Below, in pieces: positions 1 through 14,151 of a stretch of 64,000 nt of DNA. Under the pieces are notes generated by a model. That model was not told the DNA's origin. It did no database searches and worked only from the letters and a program-made list of their open reading frames with translations. Numbering within the stretch: the stretch's first letter is position 1; each line of letters begins with the position of its first letter. The stretch is from Lama guanicoe (taxonomy: Eukaryota), in contig MU054391.1 of assembly GCA_013239625.1 (NCBI GenBank), positions 620,001-684,000 on the forward strand, given 5' to 3'. The translations under genes and the position numbers were made by a program.

Positions 1-372
1 CAAAGCCCTGAGCACGAAAAAGTCTCCACTGCCAAAGAGCAACAAGTGACAGGTCCCTTCAGGCCAGCGAGTGGGAGGTGCCGGGGCCAGGGCACACGTC
101 TCTCCAGGTGTGAGAGAGACTCCACCTGGACTGTGCACAGCATGGCCGGCCTCCACTGTCCACTCTGAGAGACCGTCCTGGAGTGGGGGCTGACCGTGAG
201 CCAGAGCAATGGCCGGAAGTCGCGGACAACTCCGCCGGCCCTGCGGCAGAGGCGTCGGGCGGAGCCCGTGGTGTTCATTTGCCTCTCATCAGTGGGAGCG
301 GGGACCGAGGGGGCGGGCAGGGCAAGGATGGTCTCGGGAGGACCCCCAAGCAGCTGGCTGGCGAACACTCTA

Positions 373-681
<309 letters not shown>

Positions 682-2397
682 TCACTTTCCCGGAAGCTTT
701 CCTTCCAAACAGCCCGAATCAGCCAGCATTTTTGGGAAAAGTGTCCAGGTATTTACATCTGTAGTTAACTCATATTTTTACTCTTATCATGTACACGTTC
801 AATCTATAAATGTTTTAAGGTGGTCCTCTTTCCAAAGGGAAAAAATGATGTAATGGGAAAAATTCGCAGGAAATCCTTTCCCTTGTTTCTGGTAAACTCA
901 TTAAAGATAATGAGGTAGAAACACTTCAGTTACTGAAAGCAGATTACAAACGCCGACAGAACAAATCAGCCGCTGTCCCAGAGCTTTCCGAGGACGAGGC
1001 TCAGAGTCCCAGGTGCCTCAGGGAAAGACCCTGGCATGTGAGACGCTGTGGGCTTCCCAGCCACCTTCCTCCTGCTCCTCTCCTGTGCCAGCCCGGTGAC
1101 CCCTGCCCAGGGATGTCCAGATGGAAGCAACCATCGTCTCAGGTCCCATGGGTGAGACTCGCCGACGGGTCTCCCATAGACACTGCGAGGCCACAGAGGT
1201 GGGGCTGCCGGCAGAGGAGGCGGACACAGCCCCGCACCAGACGTCAGGCCTGGGCTCTGGGTCTCACTGCAGTGACGGGCTCTGCAATCTGATGCTAAAA
1301 GTGTCAGTGTGTTCGTCATAAATGCAGGTGGGAAGGGCCTGAGCAGATTTCACGCTTCTCTGCCTTGTAAGTGCACACGCCCTGAAGGAATCCCTCCAGC
1401 GTCCGCTCTGGACTGTGGGTCTCGCCCCTCAGAGCTGTCCCAGAGCCCGAGCTCCTAAGACTGAGGACAGCATCTCCAGTCTTCTGCACCCAGCCCTGGC
1501 CCCAGCCTGACGTCACCCTGGTCATGACAGCAAATCCAGGCCCAGGGCCAGCCCCACGTCCCGGCGAGCAGGACCGCGTCTCGGCAGACCCCCCGCCAGG
1601 CCCGCTGTCCACCTGCCCGTCTGCTCTGCAAACACTGCTGGACCCGGGAGCCGGGCCGCACCTCCGCTGGGAGCCTCGCCCAGGCCCGGAGGGGCGGTGG
1701 CTCAGCGGGCCTCAGGCTCCCATCTCCTCACTCCACCGAGACTGAGCACGGCTGGGGCCGTGTGGAAACCCTGAACCCACAGGCAGGGCCCTGTAGCAAG
1801 CAAGTGGTGCCGGTTCCCAAGCAAATAAACAGGGGCAATGATTACGCGGTCTCAGGCTGAGGCTTCTCCAGGACTCAGTTCAAAGCGTGCGGCCAGCAGG
1901 ACCATCTTCTCACTCAGACGACCGTCGGAGTCTGACCCCATCCCCGGCCGCCCCCACCCCAACCAAAATGACTGTGGACGGAAGGGAGACCGTTGTTGCA
2001 GGAGGCAAACCAGATGCCCAGGAGCAAAGTGCATGTGCTCCCCGAAGACGCTGTCCCCACGGGGAAGACGCCATCTTGTCAGGACGAGCCCACCCTCCAG
2101 GTGAGAAGCCCCAGGGACCAGCCCCCACAGCCGCCGCCGGAGACAGTGGGCCTGGGGTGCAGTTTTCCTTCCGCTCCGCAGCCCAGCAGGGGCACGACAT
2201 GCTGACCGCCACGCAGCCAGGACCCAGCCCACGGGGGAGCTCAGGCCGAGCGCCTCACAGAGGCCGTGAGGCAGCAGAAGTGCCGCCCCGGCCCGGCGGC
2301 TTTTTCAAAGCAGGAAAGACGCCTCCTCCTTGGTGCTCTTCGTGGAGGACGAGGGTTGTCGGGTGGCCCCTGGCGGCCTCCCGCCCTGAACCACTTA

Positions 2398-2679
<282 letters not shown>

Positions 2680-3198
2680 TCACACAGCTTTTCTCGCGCC
2701 TGAGCCCACCTGCCCAGAGCCCTGGCGACCACCCGCCCTGAGTGGGTGCACTCCTCCCAGAGCCGGACACGCCAGGGCCACAGTGTCCAGGGAAGGAAAG
2801 GACACACAACGGTACTTCTCAGCAGAAGCCGCCTGAGGGCAGCAGGCTGCGGGAGTCAGGCCGGCCAGAGGGCTCCCCTACCCCCGAGCCCCTCACTCAG
2901 TTCCAGGGTCCCCGCTCCGGCCTCTAAGGCCACCCAGTCACTGGCTGCAGAGAGGCTGCCCTCCTGCCCTCTGGCCTGCTGGGCAGCTGTCTTCTCCATG
3001 TCCCCACGGCCACGCAGACTGGTCACTCACTAACTAGGAAACTCAGAGAACTGACCCTTCCAGGTCTCAACGTACTCATCCACCCACACGAGCGAATGAG
3101 TGCGTGTGCACGTGCGTGCATGTGCGTGTGTGCACGTGTGTTCGCTGCCCTCACCACCTGACGTCTTCTTGCACAAAGCGTGGTCGGCATCACTGTTA

Positions 3199-3735
<537 letters not shown>

Positions 3736-5123
3736 TCACCAGCAGTATCCCACTTAGGCCCTAAACATTCCCGAAGGCAGGGTCGGCCCGCAGGGCACAG
3801 CGTGCACAGAATGCGTGACCCCAGAAGCTCCTGGGGAAGCGCCCGGTGAGTCTGGACACCCCTGTTCCCACAGGTGCCAGGTGGGTGTCCCTCCACCCCT
3901 GGGAAGGAGGCTGTTCCTGCGGCAAAGCCTCTGTAACAGGAGGACCAGGAACACGGCTGGCTGACGGGCACGTGCTGGCAAAGGGGCGTGACCGCTCACA
4001 TCACGCCTGGGAGGTGGAGGCAGGGCTGTCTGAACAGGGCCGAATTCACACCCCAGGCCAGAGTGCCCGGGAGATCGAGGCCTGCGATGCACATCTCCCA
4101 CCTGCGTTACCCTGGGACGCTGGCTCGGAGTGGCTGGCAGGCAGAACCGGCCCCCAGCCTGGATGGCCATCTCTCTGACAAGCGAAGCTGTGGGGGACCC
4201 AGCACCCGCCTGGCTCCCCTGGCCTGATGGCCTCTCTGACAATCATACATTGTTAAGGAGCAGGACCTCTGTGCTCAGGGTGGGCCCTGAGACAGAGGAG
4301 GAGAGGCGAGCCCAGGTGCGTGCCAGTGGCCAGCCCTGCCCAGGCCAAGCGGATGGGGAAGGAAGTCCCCCTGCCCTGCCGCTGGGGCGGGGGGTGAGGA
4401 GCGGCTCAATGAGGTGGAGAAACCCGAGTCTCACAGACTGAGTGGAGGCCGGGGGCAGCCAGTGCACAGCACCGAGACCCCGGGGCTGAGGGTCTGGCCA
4501 AAGGAGGCGAGAACCGGAGGAAAACTTTCTCAGTGTCTTGCAGACTCAGGTAACCCCCGCCGCCCTGAGCGTCTCGGGCGCTGCTGGCAATTTTTATCTA
4601 CTCGCTCTCGACTATCAAATGGGCAGCACTCATCTTATCTGCTACCCAGAACGCAGTTTTCAGTTTGGCTGGGGATTTCTTTATCCCGAAGAACCAAAAG
4701 CAATCATAAATTGTGACGGAAGCCTGTGTCTTACTTTGCTAAAGCAAAAAACAATAAACCGAAGGCCGCTGTGGGCTGCGGCTTGCTGCTGAGAGCCTCT
4801 GTCTCTCAAGCTTCATTGTCCACACTCAGTAATACCTAACTGACAAACAATGGCCTTCCAGACCTCGAGGAAGAACACAAATAGGTCGTCGGGCGGCCTT
4901 CTCCCTCAGTATCGGGAGCCCTAGTCCCACGATAAGGAATGACTCAGCGTGGAGGTGAAGCATTCTGAGAGACCTAGAAACAAGGAGAATTCCGCTACGT
5001 ACACGCCTACGGCAAAGGCACAGGATACAGTATAGAGATGCCTTGCAGACTGACTTTATTTCCACCAGTAACAGAGGCAACATGGAATTAAAGGTTAATC
5101 TGAAGAATATAAAATCGATTTAA

Positions 5124-5260
5124 GGGGGAGGGTACAGCCCAGTGGCAGAGAGCCTGCTCAGCATGCGCGAGTTCCTGGGTTCAATCCCTGGCACCTCCGT
5201 TAGAGACTGACTAACTAACTGACTGAAGCTAGCCACCTCCCCTGCAACCGAACAAAGCAA
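5124..5260 (+). mobile_element. tRNA-derived SINE (camelid Vic-1-like), older and GC-shifted copy
   Basis: GGGGGAGGGTACAGCCCAGTGGCAGAG...CCTGGGTTCAATCCC, collinear with the copy at 22080, plus a degenerate tail. Confidence 0.85.
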
Positions 5261-5500
5261 ACTGACTTTGAAGAAGCCTTGCTTGCCACGAGAGCACGGG
5301 TCTGCGGTGCGTTCTGGGTCCCCTGGGTTTCCATTCTGCGCTCTGGTGGTTTAACCCCCTCTGCCTCGTGCATGCTCCCTTCCTAACGAATATTCAGTTT
5401 GCAATACATTCTTCAGAACACCCAGCAGAAAGGTCAGGTAAGCGCACAGCCTGGAGGAGTCAGTCTTTGCTGAAGGCAACGTCAAAGGTCATTCTACTTA

Positions 5501-5608
<108 letters not shown>

Positions 5609-5909
5609 TTAAAAGTGTGGAAAAGAGCCCAAGCAGTTAACCAGACCAGCTTTTAAAACCGTCTCAGTGACGCGTGTTTCACGCAAGTGAATCTGAGGGG
5701 GTCACTCAGTGCAGAACGTAACTACATTTCCCATTCTGTCAGCTCCCCAACAAAGGGGACGGGCAAGTCCCGCTTGTGAATTGTCTACCAAGACGTCTCC
5801 GGGTGTGCGAGCAGGAGCGACCTTCACGCTATCGCCGCGAACGAACGCGGAGCCGGGGCCCCAGGCGCTGCAGGTGGGGAGGGAAGGTCGGGAAGGAAAC
5901 GCAACTTAC

Positions 5910-5981
5910 AGCCTCTCCAGCTTTGGCAGGTGTTGAAATGACTCTGGGTCCAAAGTTTCTATCTGATTAAAGTGCAGGTAT
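5910..5981 (-). CDS. PXDN: Peroxidasin exon 5 (LRR), 72 bp
   Basis: ttctag acceptor and gtaagt donor; encodes YLHFNQIETLDPESFQHLPKLER(L). Confidence 0.97.
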
Positions 5982-8900
5982 CTAGAAAAGGTTTAAAAAA
6001 GATGGAAAAGAAACAATTTACAATGATTTCAATTTCCTTCTACAGGTCTATGGACTTTCTGCTGACCACATTTCTTCTCTAAGTCATTTCAGATCTGCAG
6101 GTCAACAGGGAACTCCCCGGGTGCCCTGCGCCCTGCGGACAACGGGTGAAGTCAGCAAGTGGGGAGACGGAGCGCAGACCATCGGGTCCGCGGGGCAGGT
6201 AGCTAAGGGCCACACGCTCCGACCGGCCTCCTTCCCACCCAGAGGGGAGGAGCCAGGGCCGCTCACTTCCCGCACAGGCAGACCTTCCCAGGAGAAGTCA
6301 GCAGGGCCTCCACGACAGCACGCATTCAGGATGCGGACGCCTTCACTCACACCTTCTAACTCACTGTCGAATTCAGGAGAGCCTGACCTACACCTCCAGC
6401 CGACACGGGGTGCCTGCCACCCACAGAGACAGCCACCCCCAGAACAACAGGAGGGGAGCTGCACCGGCTCAGGAAGCCGCGCGTGTCCTCAGACGCCCCC
6501 TGCTCACACCTCCGCCCTGGGCACAACTCCTCACTTTCCATAACTGACCGTCTCTGGTAAAAGCGGTTTCTTCTAATTTTCGTGAATACCGCTTCTCTCA
6601 CTTTGAAAATCTGTGAGTTTTTCCCTGAGAAAAACACACAAGTCACCTTCCACCAGGGGCTTTTACACGAGCCCCTCCGGCCACAGCCTCGCCACCCCCT
6701 CAAGCACGCGCCTGCCCCTTCAAGGCGCACGGGGACCCAAGCACCAGGAGCTGAGGCAGGCCAACCCAGCAAGCGCGCCCTCTCTGTGCCCGCGCCGTCC
6801 CCAGAGCCCCTCGCCGTCCCCAGAGCCCCTTGCTAACTCCGAAACTTCGGTGACTTCAAGGTCGCCCGGCTTCGCCTGCACCCTCCCTGTCCCGTCCGCG
6901 CCTGGTCCCCTGGGCCAGCTCGCTGGGAGAACCAGCCAGTGAGTCTGCGTGCCCGCAATGACGTGGCCACAGGGCTTCCCACCCTCCCCTCCCCCAGCCC
7001 GGCGGGGACGGGCCTGTGTCCCCCGCCCTCTCTGCCTGAGTGGGGTCCTGAGAGGAGGATTAAAGGGGACACCTTCCTTAGTGACCACCCAGGATGCACA
7101 TCCCCAACGGCCACTGGGGACCAGCCCCTGGGGGCTCTCCCCCGTGCCAGGCACAGACACGCTGCACGTGGAGACACGCTCAGCCACGTTCAGGGGGCTG
7201 CGGGCCAGCTGGGCGGGTCGAGGGAGAGCGCAGACGAAGGGAGGTCACGCCAGCCCCAATTCTGAGTGGCTGTTTAAAAATCGACGTGCCAACAGCCAAC
7301 AGGGCAAGCGGCCAGGAGGAGGCTGACCAGACGTGAGGGCGGCCTTGAGGACGCCCAGGGGTGCAGCTACCCCTCCCGACAGCAGAGAGAAAACCAGGCC
7401 AAAGGCAGGAAAGGGGCCCCCAACCCAGTCCACCGTCCCTGCCCCCTGCCCGCTGCCTTCCAGGGAGCCCAGGTGAGGCTCCCCCCAGGCTGCTGGACAG
7501 GGCAGCTCTGCAGGTGCCTGGAAGCCCCGAGCCTGTCAGTGCCTCTGGGTCAGAAGTCAGAGCTGCGGATGCACTCAGGGCAGCCGGCCAGCCTCAGGCT
7601 GCAGGCCACCACCAAGTTCCTTCTCCACGAGCCTCCCCCCAGCCTGTCCAGTCTCCAGCCCCCGCCGGTTAGGGAGACCCCACGGGAGTAGACTTAGCGC
7701 AAACAATCGGTAAGCATGCGCAAACGCCTCTGCGTGTCTTTAACGCCCAGGACGGCAGAGATGCTGGGCAGACTCGGGGGCCCGGATCACAGCCCCCTCC
7801 TCCCGCCGGCCTCCCCTCTGGCTGGGAGCACCTGCCTCTGGTGCTGAGTCTGGAGAGGGGACGGAGGTGGTGGGACCCGCAGCGCTCCACACACGGCAGG
7901 GGCAGCGTCCACCCGCGGGCCTGAGGAAACGCTCCCCTGCTCCCTCCCGGTGCCCCCAGGGGTTGAGGGGACGGGACCCTCATCCCTTCACCCCTGCGTC
8001 TGGGCAGCAGAGGCCCCTCCCTCCCTCCAGCCCCAGGTCTTGGGCTGGGAGCCCCTGACACGGCTGCCCCCCAACCCACTCAGGGCTCCGATGATGCCAT
8101 TCCTTTTGCCTCCTGTTTCTCCAGACTTCACCTCTTTTCTCCTAAAAAAGAACCCCCTCCGCCCACAAGACCTGACGGGCCCCACCGAACTGCAGTCTGG
8201 TTGGCGCATCCAGCCACAGCCCCTGCTCCACTGGGACGTGCGGGACGCGGATGTGCTGCCTGGTGCCTCCCCCTGCCACCCAGGTGCCCTGCAGAGGCTG
8301 CCACGTGTCTCTGCGAGGACCTGGACCCCCACGTCCTTCTCCCTGAAGCAGAGGGCACGACCCTCACAGACAACTGCTTCCCAAATCTGCTCCACGCCGG
8401 GCACAGCAGGCTCAGGAAAGCAGCTCTCGGTCGAATAAAGGGATGGTATTTAGAAACACGAGCCCTGCGTGCGCTTCTGAAGCGCCGGGTTCAGGTGAGG
8501 CCTCCCCAGCTCCACCTGCAGGCCTCGGGAGAGGCTTCCGTGCCCGGCCAACCAGCAAACCCTGAGAACGCATCACCAGCTGCCGCGTCCACGGGGGTAA
8601 CACCGCCTGACACGGGGCGCTCCGGGGACGCACTCCCGCCCATCGCCTGGAAGGTGACCGACATGCAAGCAAGTCCAAAAAGCTCCTCTGACCAGGAACT
8701 CTACTTCAGACGGACATGCTGACTTCACACGCATCCAGAGAAACAGCATCTGGCGAACGCTGTCTAGAGACACGTGGAAAACGTTTATTTTCTCCAAAAC
8801 AGTGACGTCACGAATGAAGAAAGTAAACTGCGTGCAGACTCATAAACAGGAAATCCTGAGCAATGATAACAGCCCCTCGCCCCACGGCCCCACGGCCCCA

Positions 8901-9250
8901 CGCTTCTCCCCAGAAGACCGCTACCGGCTCAGATCTGCTAGCAACCCTGTCTCCGTTAAACAGGGAACACCAGGGCCCCAGGGTCCCTCGAGCTCGCTGC
9001 CCCCGTACCCCGGATGCCGGGCGCAGGGCGTGGTGCGCGGTGGGAACCAGCAAGCATGGACGGACGCGGGATGGATGGGGTCGGGCGGACCGCGGGATCG
9101 CTAGCTGACTGCTGCTCTTCCACCTGCATGCACGCCCCTACGTCCCCCTTGGCACAGACATGCATCGTGCAAACAGCAGGCTGAGCCCGTCTCCCCACGA
9201 GAGGCAAGGGCAGGCGAAGTCCAAGGAGCTGCAGAGCGGGGGGCACTTAC

Positions 9251-9322
9251 AGTTGCTCTAGAGAGGCAAGTCCCTTAAACGCTTGCCTGTCAATTGCCTG
9301 GATCTCATTCTTGTACAGATAG
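9251..9322 (-). CDS. PXDN: Peroxidasin exon 4 (LRR), 72 bp
   Basis: tttcag acceptor and gtaagt donor; encodes [23 protein letters not shown](L). Confidence 0.97.
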
Positions 9323-9762
9323 CTGAAACAAGAAACACGGGGAGGGTTAGCACGCACACCCGAGGCCGGGCGTCGGGTGGGAAGAGGCATCAAGTGGGCA
9401 CGCGGAGACAGCCTTCAAGCCAGGGCCGCTCTGGGCTACAGAGGACGCTCACACGGGGAGCACAGGTCCTCCCACCGAGGCGCGCCCCCCCCCACCAAGG
9501 AAAGCCTCCCTGGAGACGGCCAGACCACCGCTCCGTCTTCCGGAAAGTCACAGTCTCGGAGTTCAGCTTGCGAGTGGCTGACAAGGCACTTGCTTCAGAG
9601 CCTGAGGGAAATAAAATCATTCTGACAAACACGTGAAACGCACTGAATGTAGGATTCTGCGCCTGATACCCACACGGTTTCAGAACACCCAGGAGTCCTC
9701 TGAGGGGCAGGCGTTACGGAGACTGACCCGCCGGAATCCGGTTCTTCTGAGACAGACGCGGC

Positions 9763-10037
9763 CAGGGCTGATCAGAAGAACCCCGCGGCTGGCCCGCTGC
9801 CTGTCTCCGCACGGCCTGCAGCTGTGAATGGCTCTTACATTTTTTAATGGTTAAAAATTTCGTGAGAAGCACAGTATTCAGTGGCATGTAAAATTCAGGC
9901 TTCAGTGTCCGTAACACAGCTTTGTCGGCACACGGCCACGGCCACTCGTTTAGTGAGTTTTGTGCTCAGATGTTTGGTCCTCAAAGTCTCAGGTAGGTCC
10001 TGCCCCGTCCTTTACAGAAAGCGCTGGCCAACTCCTG
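9763..10037 (+). mobile_element. MER58B-like hAT-Charlie non-autonomous DNA transposon
   Basis: CAGGG...CCTG termini; internal GAATGGCTCTTACATTTTTTAATGGTT, TTCAGTGTCC and CCTTTACAGAAA. Confidence 0.75.
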
Positions 10038-10489
10038 AAGGAACCTACCACAGGTGAGGACTTCCACTCCAAAGTACCACGATTCCCCCAGAACCACAAA
10101 AGCGCGAGGCGCTGGGTCCTGGACCTCATCACACGACCCTGCAGCGGCCGACCTCCCAAGAAGGCTGCTGGAAGTAGGAGGAATCCTGCGCTTGGACGCA
10201 GAGACGCCCGCCCTGGGCGTTTCTCCACCGCTGGCGTGCCAGGGCGTGCGTCCCTGCATCTGAGCCCTAGTGTGCGCTGCGGCCCGTCTAACGGCCTGCT
10301 GTGCTCTCAGAGCCGCCGTCCTCCCAAGTGCCCCCCCTTCTCTCCATGCAAATCCGCTGAGGCTGCTTCACGGAGAACCACAAGCCGTAACACAAACCAG
10401 CCAGAATCTTCCCCCAGACTGAGGCTGGGGGCCTCTGAAAGAGGCCCGGCCCGGCGTCACTTCCTCAGGCTGTGGGGAGGGGTCCCTGC

Positions 10490-10630
10490 AACGCTCCTCA
10501 CCAGCCACGTGGTCTCGAGTAAGAATCAATGTTTCTCTGCCTCGGTCTCCTCGTGTGTGAAGTGGGAGAGCAGCAGGGCCTCGCGGGACGGCTCAAGTTC
10601 AGCAGATACACAGAAAGCTCTCGAGTGCAC
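10490..10630 (+). mobile_element. MIR SINE remnant
   Basis: Core-like TTCTCTGCCTCGGTCTCCTCGTGTGTGAAGTGGG. Confidence 0.55.
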
Positions 10631-12699
10631 CCCGCGGGCAGCCCCCGTTCAGGGGAGTCACCACCCCGGGGGCACCCCCGTAGGAAGTGAGCCTGAGCCC
10701 AGGAGGTTTCTGTGCCCGTGGACACCACCTTACATGCACTTCGAAGAAATCAGAGCAGAGGAGTCCTCGTAAGGATACGTGCACAAACCCATGCATGTCG
10801 ACACAGACACCAGAGCGGTCTGTCTTCGTGAGAACAACTGAGTATCCATCACCTTCTAATAATAAACTGGAAGTAAGTCTCTGCTTCATCAGAGTTGGCC
10901 CTTTGAACAGGAGTCCTCACCACCTCAAGGGCTAACATCACCGTTAGGAAATACTAGTTAAGGAAGAGGTTCACTTCTTAACCGGAAGTCACTGGGATGA
11001 TACGGACACTCAGCTTCTAGAAACACACCTTGGCACTGGTAAATACGCAAGGCTGAAATCATTAGTGCGCTCCCTAAGCCTCTGAGTATATGCTGCACGG
11101 TCTCCCAAACCAGCGCCTGTCGGGGCGCACCCTCCCCATGAGGCCTGGGGACCGGAGGGGGCAGGGAACCACGGCAGCCGGAGGAGGGGGTCCGGGACCC
11201 TCCCACCACAGCCGCGTCCCTGTCCTCGTGCCCCTTCTCGTCATGGTCCGTCTCATCTGGTTACTGCTGAGCACTGCTCAACCTGGGGACCTGCAAGGCC
11301 TGCCGCCAGTGGGCCTCTCGGCCAGGCTCGGGCGGGAGGGAGGGGAAAAGGTGGGAGCGCAGACGTCTTGAGAGCAAGCCGGTCAACAGACCAGGCTGAA
11401 AAATATTATTTTAAAAAACTGTCTTCAGTGAAAAATGAAACATCCCAATCACTTAACGCTAAATAATTCGCAGAGTAAACAATAAGGTCCTCTTAAGTAA
11501 TTCAGATCAAAAGCAAAATACAAAGTGACAAAAGAATGCTTTAAAGTCTAAACATACACATGCCTCAAATACTGCTTATCGGGTAATTTCTGAATCTGCC
11601 TTCCAGGAAATAAACACTTTCTTCTGGAGCTTGCATAGCACTTAAAATTAAAAAAAAAAAAACAACAAAGCAAAACATAAACGCATAAGTAAATAAAAAC
11701 CCAAGAAAACACAGAAGGCCCATCCCTTGTTTCAAAAATAAGCGACAAGGCGCAGGCGCTTCATCTGTGAGCGGCTCTTGTCTGCAGCAGCAGGTCCATT
11801 AAACCTTTCCTTGCTCTTAAAAAACATGAATAAATAAAATTAAGAAAATAAAAATAAGCAAAACGGCGTGGTGTGAACATTACTCAGTAAACCCTAACAC
11901 ACTGCACTGAGCATGATGGACAAACGTGTCCAGACACGGCACCTGCAGACCCTTCATGGGGGGAGACGTCTTCTCCTGCAGAGTCAGTGCCGCCTCCGGT
12001 TCAGAACCACCGTCACATCGAAGCTCAAGTGACTTCAAGATGTCCAGGCTCACACACCTCCCCAGAATCACTGAGATAAGCCCCTCATTAAAACAGTGCT
12101 CCTGAAGTTACCGGAGTCCTGAAAGTAATTTGCTCGAAGCACACGGCACGCACTTCTAATCTGTGCAGAACCAGCCACACACTCATTGTGTTTCCTTAAA
12201 AGTTCCCAGCTTTACAGTGAGTGCCTGTGAAGGAATGAAGCCAGGCGAGGTCATCTTCCAACTGCAAAACTGACTTCCACAAGCAGATGTTTTAAGTGCT
12301 AATAAGCTTATTAATTCACGTCAATTTGGAAAGTAAAGTAACGCTGAACTACGGAAAAGTAAGCGGTGAAATCGCGTGGAGGAGGATGAGGGACGTTAGC
12401 AGGAGCGCCTGGCACTGCAGAGGGATGTGCGCCTGCACCCTACACCCCGCCCGCAGCTGGACAGCAGCTCGGAGCCGAGCAGCAAGTGCGGGGCTGTTCC
12501 CGTCGGCAGCTGAGTACGAATTCCCCCCCTTGCACCTCAAGAAGTGGAGAAACTGAACGTCACAGAAGGCAACGCTTCATGCTGAGGACAGCTCCCTCGA
12601 GAAACCCCAGCCCAACTTCACTCGCCCTCTGAAAACAGGACCCCCTCCTCACGTGAATGTTATTTCCGCTCAAACGGCCCAAGCCCGGTCCGCACTTAC

Positions 12700-12771
12700 A
12701 GGTATTTCAGGTTCTCCAGGTCCTCAAACGACCCGCCGGGCACACTCCTGATCTGGTTGTTGTTGAGGAGC
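12700..12771 (-). CDS. PXDN: Peroxidasin exon 3 (LRR), 72 bp
   Basis: ccgcag acceptor and gtaagt donor; encodes [23 protein letters not shown](L). Confidence 0.97.
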
Positions 12772-12832
12772 CTGCGGAGAGGAAGCTCCCGTGAGTAGAG
12801 CAGAGCAGCAACACTGCCGAGCTCCTGTCAGA

Positions 12833-13268
12833 AGCTCACACCAAGCATCGTGGATGAGGCCACAGGACGCTCAGACCACGGGCCATAATACCAGCTCACA
12901 CCGGTTGCCGCGGAGGAGGCCACGGGATGCTCAGACCACGGGCCATAATACCAGCTCACACCGGTTGCCACGGAGGAGGCCACGGGATGCTCAGACCACG
13001 GGCCATAATACCAGCTCACACCGGCTGCCGCGGAGGAGGCCACGGGATGCTCAGACCACGGGCCATAATACCAGCGTCCGCCAAGCACCGGGGAGGAGGC
13101 CACGGGATGCTCAGACCACGGGCCATAATACCAGCTCACACCGGTTGCCACAGAGGAGGCCACGGGATGCTCAGATCACGGGCCATACCAGCTCACACTG
13201 GTTGCCGTGGAGGAGGCCACGGGATGCTCAGACCACGGGCCATAATAACAGCATCCGCCGAGCACAGG
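12833..13268. repeat. 60-bp minisatellite, about 7 copies, in PXDN intron 2
   Basis: Unit CCGGTTGCCGCGGAGGAGGCCACGGGATGCTCAGACCACGGGCCATAATACCAGCTCACA recurs every 60 bp; one unit carries a 3-bp deletion. Confidence 0.97.
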
Positions 13269-14055
13269 CCTACTCAGCCAACAGCACGTTGGGGGTCTCA
13301 CCCTCCCTCTGGCCAGTTTTCTCCGGGAACTGGTGTCTGCATCTGCCCACCCTGCCTCAGCTCTGGACACAGCAGAGAAGGAAGCCCTCCCTCCCCACCC
13401 TGCTGTGTCTCACAGTCCCCACTCCTGCCTGCTGGGAGGCCAGGGGTGTCCCTGAAGTGGGTCTCTGCCAATAAGCAGCCTGATTCACAGGGAGGGAGCC
13501 GGTCCTGAGCCACACGCCCTCCCTCCAGGCCCACAGGGCAGTGGTGACAGTTCCCGACCGCCATGGCCCGCACACCCCCTGTGCCAAGGTCACCTCCTGG
13601 GCAGAACCCAAGCACTGCCTCCCACCTGGCTCGGCACAGCCCACGGCAGCCTGGAGTCGGCTGCAGAACCACCCAGCACTGCTCCACCCTTGCGGGCTAG
13701 ACACTGGGGCACAGCCGGACGGTACCCCAACCCCCCAGGGGTCCACGCTGTGGGGGCAGATGTGAACTGGCACAGGCCTGGGACAGGACACACCCACAGA
13801 GGACGGACACGCTCTTGGGCATCACACAAGACAGAGGGATGAACCCCACAAGGGCCCCTGAATCCAGGGTTTCGAGTGCATGACCCTCTGTCAGGCTCCA
13901 CCTCCACCTCGCCAGCCACGCCTGCCTGCCGGGGGCAGTGGGGTGGCCCCAGCGTCCCGGACACGCGGGAGGGGGAGGGGAAAGGACGGGGACGCGATGA
14001 CGTGATGGTTTCTGCACGTGTTTCCTACTGGTGCCCAGGACAACGGGGAGACTTA

Positions 14056-14151
<96 letters not shown>

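Noticed and set aside
9960-10772. 270-aa ORF
   Set aside because: It overlaps MER58 and MIR remnants, has a non-ATG start and shows no recognisable domain.
12791-13508. Repetitive ORFs and CRISPR-like appearance of the 60-bp array
   Set aside because: The 60-bp unit keeps frames open trivially. There are no unique spacers or cas genes, and the context is a mammalian intron.
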